64,000 nucleotides of DNA from the human T2T-CHM13v2.0 reference genome, Homo sapiens: NCBI RefSeq assembly GCF_009914755.1, contig NC_060925.1, one strand, 5' to 3'. This document shows positions 1 through 23,656 of the stretch, piece by piece (positions within the stretch are counted from its first letter, which is position 1; each line of letters begins with the position of its first letter). The notes under the pieces were generated by a model. It did not search any database and was not told the origin of the DNA. It worked only from the letters and a program-made list of their open reading frames with translations. Position numbers and translations under genes: made by a program.

Positions 1-3000
<3,000 letters not shown>

Positions 3001-3930
3001 TTATAGCATTATCATAAAAATGATAAAGCACTTCTCTGCCACTTGGTGGTGGGTGAAGATAATCCCTCTCATGATTAAGAATACGGTAACGATGAATGAC
3101 AGAGCCTTGGGAGAAGCCTTGGGAGAATTAAAAACTAAAAACTTTAAAAAAAAAAAAAAGAAAAAAATACTGTAACAGCTCATCTAACCAGAAACCAGCA
3201 ACCTGGAACATTAAACTAACTATATACTTCCTAATCTGTCAAGAATTCAGGAGTCAAAAGAGAAAAATCCCTGTGTAGGTGCTGGGGTTGGCAGTAATTC
3301 TTCTCAGTATCTAAGGCTTAATAATGCCCTCCAGTGAGCAGTGACATACACAACAACGACCTGCCTCACTCGAAGAGTCTTGAACTCCACATTAAAAAAA
3401 TTATGGTGCATTAAACAAGGGCGAAAACAAAAATTTTCTGGTAATAATTAGATAGCATGACTAAACAGACCACAACATCCCCTGAAAATTCAGGCTATTC
3501 ATGATTTCACTGTTCCATGAAACGCAGGTTCTGAAGTTTAAATCCAAGTTTCCCTTGAGAGTTTTAATTCATGACTTGAACTAAAAAATAAAACTATAAA
3601 TTTCAATGATCTGGGGGTTTATCCTTCTAGCTACTAGACAGGCAAAATAATCTTAATATGTGGTAAGTTTTACTCATTAACTAAAATATGGAAAAGCTAA
3701 GATATAAAGATCTGACTAAAACCACAAGATTTTATGACAAAAGGGCAACTAGTGTACTCAAAATTCTTTCACACTTTACATGAAATGGCTTATTATAAAA
3801 AATAAAATCTATATACAATCAAAGCCAACAAAAGTTACCACAGAGCTGAAAGGGTATAAACAAGTGCTGCTAATATTGTTGCTTCCTTGACGTGCATCTA
3901 GGATTCCTGCCCCTCCCTTCCCTACAGTAA

Positions 3931-4065
<135 letters not shown>

Positions 4066-4472
4066 TAGCCAGGATTACAGGCATGTGCCACGACGCCCGG
4101 CTAACTTTGTATTTTTAGTAGAGACAGGGGTTTCTCCATGTTGGTCAGGCTGGTCTTGAACTTATGACCTTGGGTGATCTGCCTGCCTTGGCCTCTCAAA
4201 GTGCCGGGGTTACAGGTGTGAGCCACCGTGCCAGGCCCTTGCAGTGACTCTTGAAGTTTATGGGGCGGGTAGAAAAGTAGGAGACCTTAATGGGAAATGG
4301 AATGGTCTATATGATCCTGGGAGATCTTCGTTGTATTTGTGGTCCCAAACCATCTTTCAAAAAGTTCTCTAGAACAGTGGCAATCTACATTAGCGATGCC
4401 TGGTGTAATAAAACGGTAGGCAATGAACTCTTGCTTACACACCTCTTCTCCAAACCCTCTCAGGGTCCATAG

Positions 4473-5322
<850 letters not shown>

Positions 5323-8120
5323 AATCACAATCTAGATATGTTCAAACATGCTTCCCAGTAGGGAGATCCACTGCCCTTCTGCTAGGGGACTATAAGCTTA
5401 CATACGTAGCTAAGTTATGCTTTTTCTTTTGTACTCACTCCTTCCTTTCAGACTCTCCAGCGTTTTTGCCATACAGGCAATTTTTGCTTGAAATACATCT
5501 TTACCATTGGTCTTCTTCCCAGAAGTCGTTTTCCTCTGTAATGATTCCTCAATGATGCCAGGAGGTCATATTGTGTGCTGTTTGGTGACTGTCATACCTG
5601 TCTTTGAAACTCTAAAATGACTTCATTTCAACCTTGACTTTCAATGACATTTCATGCATATCATGGTTTGGCAGCATAACTGTAAGAATGAACAGTTCCT
5701 TAAAAAAACCACCCAGGTATTTAGGGTCCTGAAAGGCTCTTTCCTCTTATCGCTCCATCTTCCTTTTGGGTTGCTCACTTCTTCCTTCCAGAGCCTTTGA
5801 ATTCCTACTCATTGATTTCGAATTTTTAGTGTAAAATCTAATAGTCGTTGTTTCTGGTTTATGTTGTTAAATTTCTAGATTCTTCATAAGGCTTGATCCA
5901 TGCTAGATTGTTTATTATTTTTCATAATTGCTTCTTACTGGACCATGTCTTCAACACCAATTATGACATTAAAAAAATATTTTTTCCCTATTCATCAAAA
6001 AGCAAAAAAAGTCAGCATTGTACTTATTTTATTAGAGATGGGGGTCTTGCTGTTACCCAGACTGGAGTGCAGTGTCACAATCATAGCTCACTGTAGCCTT
6101 GAAATCCTAGGCTGAAGTGATCCTCCTGCCTCATCCTCTGAAGTAGCTAGGACTATAGGCGAGTGTCACCACGCGTGGCTAATTAAAAAAATTTTTTTCT
6201 TAGAGATGGGGTCAGGCTGGTCTCAAACTCCTGGCCTGAAGTAATCTTCACACTTCAGCTGGGATTGCAGGCACAAGTCACCATGCCTGAGCCCCAACTA
6301 CGACATATACTATTCCCAGAAACCTAAATTTCTTCACTTCAAGCTCTAATCTATTCTTCAAAGCCATTTCAACACATCTTTTCAAGCAAATCATTCCAAG
6401 TTTTACTAGAGTTTAAAGCGAAAGCAAACATTTCTTAATTCAAAGTGCACATGTCATAATGCTTAATTTATTCAAGAGCAGAACTGTTTTCTGCCTCCTC
6501 CCCCAATTCATTTAGCACAGTGGTGGACATTTTGTTGATGGGTTATCAATACATTTGGTTGATGAATCAGTTTCCCATTAACAGTCTTGTCATTTCCTGC
6601 ACACTATCACCTGAGTAACATTAGAAAAGACCTCACCAAACACGCTTTATGTTATCAAACACCAACAAGCAAAGATGTTTCCTCATCCCTCTGATTATAG
6701 CTGCCACTTACTGCCTAAGCCAAATGCTTTACATTTATTATCTCTAATCTTCCTTTTCCACATGAATGAACAACCAGGTTCAGAGAAGTAACTTGCCCAT
6801 ACGTAGTAAGTGGTGGAACCAGGATTTGACTTAGGCCTGGCTGGCTTCAAAATCCACACTTTGTCCACAAAAGTTAGTTATGCTGTCAATTTAGCTGGGC
6901 TCTGAAAAAAACTGGAGTTTCAACTTTCACATATATGGTATGTATACAATAACGTCTACCCGCCACTTCAATATATCCTTAAGAACTGAACGTTTTACTG
7001 TAGAAAAGGAGTAGTTTTTAAAGCCTTTTACTGTAAAAGAAATCAGTACTTTACTAAAGACGTCCTCAGAAAGAAAACGATTCTAATAATTAATTTGAAA
7101 TGGCTTTTTAAACCCAAATCATCATTTGAGAATACGGTAGCTACCAGTTTTCTCATACGTGAAACATACTTAGGTAACTTTCAAAATGTTTCAGGTGTCA
7201 GTTACTAGTATAACCCTGGGGAGTAAACGGTAGCTATATTACAACTGTTGCAAAGTAGAGTTTCTTTTTTAAGCCAAGAGTTCTCTAACACCCAAGGTTT
7301 AGTGCCCTAAAATGTCACCCCAGTCCTTTTAATTTTATATCCATGCCTTCCAAGCCCTACCTAACATCTGGTTCCCAGTTTTCCCCGTTGAGTATTTTCT
7401 CCAGGCCTGATTCCTCAACAGTTTTCCCTAAAACCTGTAGCTCATGCTGGCACTATTTTTGCCGAAGTAGATTAAGAATACAAGTAATAGATCATACTCT
7501 GGGGGAGGCAGTAAGTTAACAATTTCGTCTCCGTCTGCGTTAACCAGACGCAGATACTAGCCAGGGTGGCCACTATTCTCCTAACAAATTCTACAACGGC
7601 CAAGCAATTTTTCGGTAAGTTGGAAAACGGAAACCACAGCGTGGAAACTCTGCACGGAGTCTTAAAGATAAGAAGTTAAGACTTTAATTTACTCTTGCAG
7701 AGGGAACGGTGAAGGCTTTCAGCACGGCAAGACGATACTTTCGAAACTGTCACTAGACTACTCAAACTGGAGTCTCCCGCCCAAAAAAGCGTGGCACACG
7801 GCTAAAAAGGGCCTCCCTCCAAGGCTCCAGTCCTCGGGGAAGACGGCGCTGTGACCGTCTGATCCATGAGACCGGGCAAGAGGTGAAAGGGAGCAGGAAA
7901 TCCTGTTTATTTCCAGTAGTCCTCAGAGCGGGAAAGGTTGGTGTCTACCCAGAAACGAATAGGGCCCCAGTTCCGGGCCTAGGAAGGGAAAACCCAGGTC
8001 TCCCGGGCGCCCTGGAGCTGTGCCCCCCTACCCGGAGCACCAGCCCCACTCGGGCTTTCCTTCTCCCCGTCCCACTCAGGGCCTCAGCACAGCTCCCATT
8101 ATGCCTCCACCACCCCCACC

Positions 8121-8132
8121 CGCGCAGGCGCA
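8121..8132. promoter_or_regulatory. NRF1-like motif CGCGCAGGCGCA in SRSF4 intron 1 (CpG island)
   Basis: Matches the common GCGCAGGCGC variant of the NRF1 palindrome. Confidence 0.5.
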
Positions 8133-8301
8133 GTGGGAACCGGGGCCTACCCGCGCCCCCGAGGCGCCGCCACTATGGCGGAGCCTGGCCAGGCCGGTAG
8201 CCGCTCCGCGCGGACCAGGCGTCCCTCTCCCGTCCCCGCGGCCTCCCCACCACCTATGGGGTCTGTCCCCGCCCGGCCGGACCCTCTTTCGCCCTCCTCA
8301 C

Positions 8302-8408
8302 CCGTTCTTCAGATCCACCTCCAGGATCTTCCCGTAGCCCTTAAAGAAGCGCTCCACATCGCGCTCCCGGGCCTGGTAGCTCAGGCGGCCGATGTACACC
8401 CGCGGCAT
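8302..8408 (-). CDS. SRSF4: SRSF4 (SRp75) coding exon 1, start of RRM1: MPRVYIGRLSYQARERDVERFFKGYGKILEVDLKN(G)
   Basis: Reverse complement from ATG at 8408 translates to the SRSF4/5/6-type RRM N-terminus (RNP2 VYIGRL). It is 107 nt and ends at donor GG|GTGAGG (intron begins 8301). The remaining exons lie left of the window. Confidence 0.97.
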
Positions 8409-8790
8409 CCCGGCAACGGCAGTGATGGCTGGCCCCGGCCCCAGCCCCCCTTAGGCGGCGGCGGGCAAAGCGAGAGCACGGCGGCAGCGGCGGCGGCGGC
8501 AACGGGCGGGCGGCGGGACGGACGCAGCCGAACCCCGGCGACGTACGCGAGCACGCAGCTCGCGAGCGCGCGCTTCCACTTCCCCCGCCCTTCCCCGAGG
8601 CGGAAGGTAACCGGAGAGAGCGCGCGTTCGCTTCCCGCTCGGCCAGGACTGGGGGAGGAGCTTGCCCGGGGGCGCGCCGACGTGCGGCGGGGCAAGGTGA
8701 TCGACAGGCGGCGCTGCGGCACGTCCTCGCGCGAGCTCGCCAAAGGGGTTCCTGCACCGCCTTCCGCAGCCAGCTGGCTTCGCCCCTCCC

Positions 8791-8799
8791 CCGGAAGTG
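8791..8799 (+). promoter_or_regulatory. ETS/GABPA-type motif CCGGAAGTG upstream of SRSF4
   Basis: Exact consensus CCGGAAGTG inside the CpG-island promoter; occupancy not shown. Confidence 0.6.
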
Positions 8800-8869
8800 T
8801 CCGCACCTCCTAGAGCCCAGCGAGCGAGCGTTTGTGCTTTTGTCCTTTGAACCGGGTGTGGTTTGGATT

Positions 8870-9515
<646 letters not shown>

Positions 9516-9699
9516 TAACCTGTAAAATTAGAATAATGTATACCCATCTCAAGGATTACACAGGTCACTAAATGGGGTAGTGTATGTGAAAGTACTTGGA
9601 ACAGTGTCTGAAACATGGTAAGAGCTCAATAAATATTGGTTCCCTTCTCACTAACGCCATGTACCTAGAACCATAAAGGGTTTTGTTTCTTTGCTTGTT

Positions 9700-10520
9700 T
9701 TTGTTTTTTGAATATTTTGAAAGGATAACTCAAGGTTCAAATGATACACAGTGAAAAGTCTTCGCTGTCCACCAGCCACTTAGTTTCTCTTCCCAGAGGC
9801 AGTTTCTGAAATGTCCTTTAGGAGGTTAATTTACCCTTATAAAACAAATAGTAGGATACTATACATATGGTTCTACACAAAATATATTTTGAAAATCATT
9901 CCTTAAGAGTATAAAAGGACTAGTTTTATGGTTCATACCATTTTATACACAGTAATTTATTTAGCCAGTGCCCTGGTGAAGGACATTGAAATAAGTTCCA
10001 ACCTTTTGTTATTACACTGCTGCAGTAACTTTGCATTTCTCTCTCTCTCTTTCTCTCTCTCTCTATATATATCATCTATTCCTAGAAATAGGATATTTGG
10101 GTCAGAGTTTTGATAAGTTATTGCTCAATTCCCCTTAAGTGGCTGTTTCCTCATATCCTCATCAACACCGTGTTATCAAACTTTTTGATCTTTGCCAATC
10201 TGAGAGGTGAAAAATGTTATCTCCAAGTGGTTTAATTTGCAAATATCATATTTTGCAGAGATATGAGTCTTTCTTCATATGTTTGAGATATATTTTCCTA
10301 TTTCTGTCTGTGTATATCCTTTACCCATTTTTCTTATTCATAGGTGCTCACTATATATTAGGAAAATCAGCTCTTTGTCAAATGAGTTGCAAATATTTTT
10401 TCCATTTGTTGACTTTTGACTTTGCCAAGAGTGTTTTTTAGCCATGCAAAAACATTAGATATTTATGGGATCAATTTATCCATCCTTTATTTTTCTTTGA
10501 TTCTGGATTTTATTTTTAAA
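9700..10520 (-). mobile_element. Old L1M fragments (antisense)
   Basis: T-rich L1 3'-region-like sequence (…tttgccaatctgagaggtgaaaaatg…gtggttttaatttgc…). Confidence 0.6.
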
Positions 10521-10536
10521 TTTTTATTTATTCTAC

Positions 10537-12680
<2,144 letters not shown>

Positions 12681-13869
12681 ACAAAAATCCTAGCACTAAG
12701 CTTGGTTGTTATATTAACCTATTGTACAGATGGGAAAGAGAGCCCTCCAGAGGGGAAATGCTTGTCCCTAAAACCTGCTCCTCCTTCCCCAATGCAAGTG
12801 GCACCACCATCAGCGAGGTGCCAAAGTTCAACCTTCAACCACTGCATTCAGTCTGTCCTTCTGATTATTCCTTCTAAATATTCACAGATTCATTCCTTCT
12901 TTCCATTCCTACTTCCTAAACTAGTTCAGGCCTCATCAGACTGTTCACAGTCAGGGCTTTGATATGCGCTACTTCCTCTGCCTGGAATACAGCTGGCTCC
13001 TTCTTATTCAGGCCTGAGGCCTTCCATGTCCACCTTATTTCAAGTGTTGTTTGTCATATTTCACAACACTTACTACACAGTCTGTAATTACCTGGTTTAT
13101 TTATTTACTTGTGCATGGTCTTTCTCCACCACTGGAATGTAAGCTCGCTGGTCTCAGGGGCCATGTTTTTTGTTTCCTGCTCTATCCCTAGCCCCTAACA
13201 ACAGTGCCTTTCACATAAAGAGCGTTTAAAATACTTATTGAATGAATACATAAATAATCTCTTACCTGGACTACTTCAATGGCCTCCTGATTCTGCCTTT
13301 TTCTCATGCCTCCCCATGAGACACAGACTCAGGGAAATTTGAATGCTCTTCCAGTTGACATGTCAAGAACAAAATCAAGGACTCGTGAGAAGAGTGGGAC
13401 CTCCAAGGCCACCTGTGGAGCCAAAAGAATTGGGACTGTCTGCTGTAGTGACCAGATATGGTCAGGGGATCTGGCTTCTAGTGCCAGCTCTGCTGCCTGC
13501 TGTGTGATCTGGAACAACTCACTTCACATCTCTGGGAGGCTGCTGCTTCTGTAAAGTGGTGACATTAACATCTCAATGACATAGGAAATTTCTAAGAATC
13601 TCTTTTTTCTCTTTCATAAGGTGCCAATGTCTCCTTTCCACTTACCTTTCAGCTAGCCCTGCTGTCTTCCCAGGAATGTTCCTGCCTTCAGATGCAAGCA
13701 GATGTTGTGCCAGGACTGAGCCTTCTCTTCTCCACCATTTCCAGCTGCTGTGGCTTGGCCTAGTGCTTTACTCAGGGCATGGTGCCTGACAATAAGCATG
13801 GGGCTGGTGGGTGTTCTGAGAGTTTCCATGCACAAGTACAGCCTGGCACACACAGGTTAACGCAAGAGC

Positions 13870-16172
<2,303 letters not shown>

Positions 16173-16589
16173 TGAAATTAAAAACAATCTCCTGCACTTG
16201 TAAAGTAGAGAAGAGAGGATCCATTTTAAGTCCAATTCTCTTTTGGCACTGTTTCCTTTCCAATGTTGGCCTCTGAAATGTCGGCAACCCCTGGTTGGTC
16301 TTTGACATTTAGTGGAAGGGGGCGGGGTGGGCTTACCTACCTGAAATTCAGAACCTGGGAGTCTCTGATTTTATCTTTCTTTAGTGCTTCCCTCCTCCAA
16401 ACTGTCCTCCGGGCTACTGCTGGAGGGATTTTTTTTCAAAGCACAGTTCTGATCTTCTGTCTCAGAAATCTTTTGTTCCTTACTGCCAACACAATAAAGT
16501 CCAAATTCCTTAGCTGGGAATCATAAACTGCCACGATTCCCTTTTTCGGCTTCAGATTGACTTGATTTCAATCTAAGTTAAACCATTGA

Positions 16590-17600
<1,011 letters not shown>

Positions 17601-17957
17601 GTAGGTTTTAATTCTCAGGAAGAGAATGGAGAAAATGAGACAGTTCTAACATAAATACCCTGTCTCTGTAACTGCCTAATCTGCTCTCTTCGTCTGTAAT
17701 GCTTGTCACCCTTCCCTGAATAAATTATAATCATCCTTTGAAGACCAGCCCAAATGTCACCTCCAGACCCCTAAAGGTACAAGGAATCATTGCCTTCACT
17801 GTTCTCAGGCATTCTGCACGTTCCTCCAGATCTTGAAGCGTGGTGTTACAAACATTCCTGTATGCCTGCTCTTAGAGTGGGCACCAGGGGCCTGCTCCTT
17901 CACCAGGACTCAGGCTCACCACTCTCCCTAAACCCCAACCTTATGGATTCCCCTTGA

Positions 17958-18083
<126 letters not shown>

Positions 18084-19556
18084 TGAGTAGCTGGGACTAC
18101 AGGCATGTACCAGCACGCCTGTCTAATTATAGGTGTGAGACACCTCACCTGGCCTAAAGAACCTAATCTTAATTTTACTCCTGTGGCCTCTGGCAGCCTT
18201 CCCTCCTTCTAAGGCTTTTTTCACTTGCCTGCACTGATCATCTGTACAATCACTTGTCCCACTAACCTAGAGGACAGGGACCAGGAAAGAGTTGGGGCTG
18301 ATCTTGAGCCCAGAAGGTGGCAAATATTCCCCAGAGGGCAATGCAGACCTTTCCCAGCCCCAGGCTGAAGCTGAGTCCTTTTTTCCAGCGGACATAAAAG
18401 ATGCTTCCAAAGAAAAGATGATTATGCTGGGAGTCCATGTTCAAACTGGCATGCAATTAAACCTTCTGGCCGGGTGTGGTGGCTTACGCCTGTAAACCCA
18501 GCACTTTGGGAGGCCGAGGTGGGTGGATCACGAGGTCAGGAGTTCAAGACCAGCCTGGCCAACATAGTGAAACCCCATCTCTACTAAAAATACAAAAATT
18601 AGCCAGGTGTGGTGGCATACACCTGTAGTCCCAGCCACTCGGGAGGCTGAGGAAGGAGAATCGCTTGAACCCAGGAGGTTGAGGCTGCAGCGAGCCAAGA
18701 TCGCCCACTGCACACCAGCAAGGGCAACAGTGTGAGACTTCGTCTCAAAAAAAAAAACAAACATTCCGAGCCAGTTTTTTCCATATTGCTCCACTGCCTA
18801 AAATCCCTTGGTGCCTCCCTAGGGCTTCAGGGTAAGCCCTGACATCATGGTCCTTTGTGATCTGTACCTCACCCATGTCTCCCACCTCAGTTCCCACATT
18901 TCCCCCACGTCTAAGGCAGCAGCTACACTTGACTGCAGTTCCCTGAGTGCCAGGCTCTCAGGCCTCTAAACTCTCATGTGCTGTTGGCTTTGCTTGGTAC
19001 GCAGTTTCCTGCTCGGTTTTCAAGACTGGCTGTGGGAGACACTTCCTCTAGGAATCCTTCCTTGATGCCCTCGGGCAGAACTGGGGCCCCTGTGTGTCCT
19101 CTCAAGGCCCTCTGAACACCTCCATGTCAGTGACCTCATCATTATACTATACTGGTCAATCTTGCACTAGGCTAAGCAACCTGAGGGCCAGCAGCACTTC
19201 TTTCATTGGTATCCTTAGCTTTGGGCACACACTAGGCACTCAATAAATACGTCCTGAATGAGGCTCCTGAGTGCAGGGTACAGAGGGCCAGGTGATAAGG
19301 GAGACACCCTGAAGCCTCTGTTCTTTGCTTTGAGCAAATGAATCGTGAAGCAAATACCAAAAAGTCACGTCAAGCTCTTCTCTCGGCCTGAATAAAGCTC
19401 ACTCATTTGTGAGAGCCCACCTTCAAACTTCACCTCAAGGAAGCATACCCCTGTCCCTGGGGCCTAGGGCAAGATCTTTATTCTGCTCTTACAGCACCCC
19501 ACATATCTTCTTTACAGCATTAGTCACTATGGTAATTACTGTGAGATTGTTTAATG

Positions 19557-20080
<524 letters not shown>

Positions 20081-20495
20081 GTATATTGTCTATGTCTCCA
20101 GTTAGAAGGGCAGTTCCATGAGAGTGAAGACCCCACGTCCAAGTTCCTCAGGGCCCTGATGACCTCAGCCTGGCATTCACTCTTCCATGCAGCTGATCCT
20201 CCCCAAGCCCTGGACTGGGCCGCAGGCTACCTGAGAAGCACATCAAAGCGTTTGTTCTACAGGACCCTCGTCTGTGGGCTTGTGCAGCTTGGGGCCAGGG
20301 ATGGTGGCCTACTGGCCTTTGCACTGCCAGTACCCACCCAGGCTTTGCTTTCAGGGTGGTCAGAAAATGATTACTGGGGGAACACATGACAGAAAAGCAG
20401 GAAGGGGGCCTCTTGGTGCTGTGAGCTGACCAGTGCACAGTGTTGGTCCTTCTCGACAGGGATGACTTCTACTTTTTGGAAGGGAGAGTTCAGAC

Positions 20496-20501
20496 TTTAT
20501 T
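20496..20501 (-). terminator. MECR: Proximal polyadenylation signal AATAAA in MECR 3' UTR
   Basis: TTTATT on + strand ~180 nt past the stop codon. Further candidates: ATTAAA (19550-19555) and AATAAA (19477-19482) on the minus strand for a longer UTR. Confidence 0.7.
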
Positions 20502-20677
20502 AGATACCTTAAGGCTGGCCCTGGGGAAAACCGTGGCTGGCTTCACCATCCTCCTAATAGGAAGAGGCAGTGAGGAGAACAGTAGTCTGGGGAAGGTGGG
20601 AGCCCCAACTGAGGGGCCTGCACCCAGCCCCTCAGATCCGCCTCCCCTCCCATGTCACTCCAGCTCTTTTGGGATGA

Positions 20678-21007
<330 letters not shown>

Positions 21008-22519
21008 TTAGGACAGTGAGGTCAAGGTGGGGAGAGGGGAACATAGGAGCGGCTCTAGGGGCTGAGGGGCAGACAGGCAGAGACCACCCTTCAGAGTGGT
21101 GGCTAAGATGGCACAGACTCACAGAACCTGGCCACAGTGGAGACAGGAGCACTGAATGGTGGGAGGAAAAGGATGGCGGAGGCAGGGAGGCCAGAGGAGG
21201 CCCAGAGAGGGAGTGGGTATGCCTGGCACGCCAAGTGATGTGGAACAGTTGAGCTCTGCTCAGGAAATGGAGCTCTCCCTGAGAGCCCAGGACTCCCTTA
21301 GAACCCCACGACCGGACGCCACCAACATCCCCTTCCTGGGCCTGCCTCCTGCGAAGGACCCTATATGGTACAGGAAGTTGAGAAGTGAAGGCCTCGGCTG
21401 AGAAGTGTTTTTCCATAGACATAAATTCATTCAGCCTTCAAATCTAGTCATCTATACTGGCTCCTCAGTTGCCTTTAAGCGTGAGTCTTGTCTGGGTGTG
21501 GTGCCTCACGCCTGTAATCCCAGCACTCTTGGAGGCTGAGGTGGGTGGATCACTTGAGCCCAGGAGTTTGAGACCAGCCTGGGCAACATGATGAAACCCC
21601 ATTTCTACTAAAAATACAAAAACTAGCTGGATGTGGTGGCGTGTGCCTGTGGTCCTAGCTACTTGGGAGGCTGAGGTGGGAGGATCACCTGAACCGAGGA
21701 GGTTGAGTCTGTAGTGATCTGTGACCACACCACTGCACTCCAGCCAGGGCAACAGAGCGATACCTTGTTTCAAAAAAAATAACCCCCCAAAACAGCAAAA
21801 AAACCCATGAGTCTGAATGCCTTAATCAGGTTTATAAGGCCTCTGTAACCTGGTCACAACCCACTCACCCAATTTTCCAGCCCCAGCTCAGATCTAGTGC
21901 TCCAGGTCGCTCGGAACCGCTTCAGTGCCTAGTTGCACGTGTGATTTTCGATATTTTCTGCCTGAAACACTGCCTTCATGCCACCACCTTCCTCCCCTTC
22001 ACTTGGATAACTCCATGTTATTCTTTGTCCTGAGTTTGGAGATCCCGCTCTGGGGAGCCAGTCCTCCAGGAGATGAACAGGGAGATGATCTGTTTACATC
22101 GTGCCTCATACCTCCCTGCAGGGAGGTGACTTTGGGCACGCTACTTAACCACTCTGAACCTCAATTTCCTCCTCTGTCAAACACGGCTAACAAGAGTTTA
22201 AACTTAGGACATTTAAACTGAGGCAGAGATTAAGTAACTTGCTCAAGGTCCCACTGCTGGCTAGGCAGAACCTCTATCCAGTAGTGTGGAAGCAGAATTT
22301 GAACCCAGGCAGGCTGGCTCCAGAGTCTATTCTCTCTGTTTGGCTATCCATCTTTCCCCACTGTCAGCTCTTCAGGACGGGGGCAGTGTCTGTCTTGTTC
22401 TGCGCCCCTAAGACTAACCCAGTTTAGTCCAATAACTGTTTGCTGACTGTAGCTGGACTAAGGCTATTCTCTTTGATCCTTCTGTGGGGCTGGGGACCCA
22501 ATCACCCCTCCAGGGCTCA

Positions 22520-22762
<243 letters not shown>

Positions 22763-22853
22763 CTAAGCTTAGACAGCTGTCGTGCCAGGGGATGTGGCCT
22801 GGCTGAGGTGTCTGGCCCGGCTCCAGGCATGCCTCCCTCTGCACCCAGCTTAC

Positions 22854-22914
22854 CACAGAGGCTACGACGGGCTGCTTGGCCATCCCCCCATAGGTTACCA
22901 TGGTTCCTCCACGC
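22854..22914 (-). CDS. MECR: MECR exon 8 ([21 protein letters not shown])
   Basis: Acceptor ttttcag|G, donor GTG|GTAAGC; 61 nt. Confidence 0.96.
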
Positions 22915-22991
22915 CTGAAAAGTCCAAAGAGAACAAAGAGTGGATGCAAGGCAGAGACAGAGCCCTTCCTGAACCTGCCATGGCGCTTCTA

Positions 22992-23120
<129 letters not shown>

Positions 23121-23554
23121 TCACTTGAGCCCAGGAGTTCAAGACCAGCTTGGGCAACAAAAGGAGACCCCATCTCTACAAAAAAAGTACAGAAAATTAG
23201 CTGGGCAAGGCGGCATGCCTGTAGTCCCAGCTTCTCAGGAGGCTGAGGTGGGAGAATCACCTGAGGCCATGAAATTGAGGTTGCAGTGAGCCCTGATCGC
23301 ACTACTGCACTCCAGTCTGGGCAACAGAGTGAGACCCTGTCTCAGAAAATAAATGAATGAATGAATAAATAAATGCATGCTGGGGATGGCAGCTCACACC
23401 TGTAATACCAGCACTTTGGGAGGCCAAGGTGAGAGGATTGCCTGAGCCCAGGAGTTTGAGACCAGCCTGGGCAACATAGTGAGACCCTGTGTCTATAAAT
23501 AATAATAAAAAAAAATTAGCTGGGCACGGTGATACATGCCTGTGGCCCCACTCA

Positions 23555-23656
<102 letters not shown>

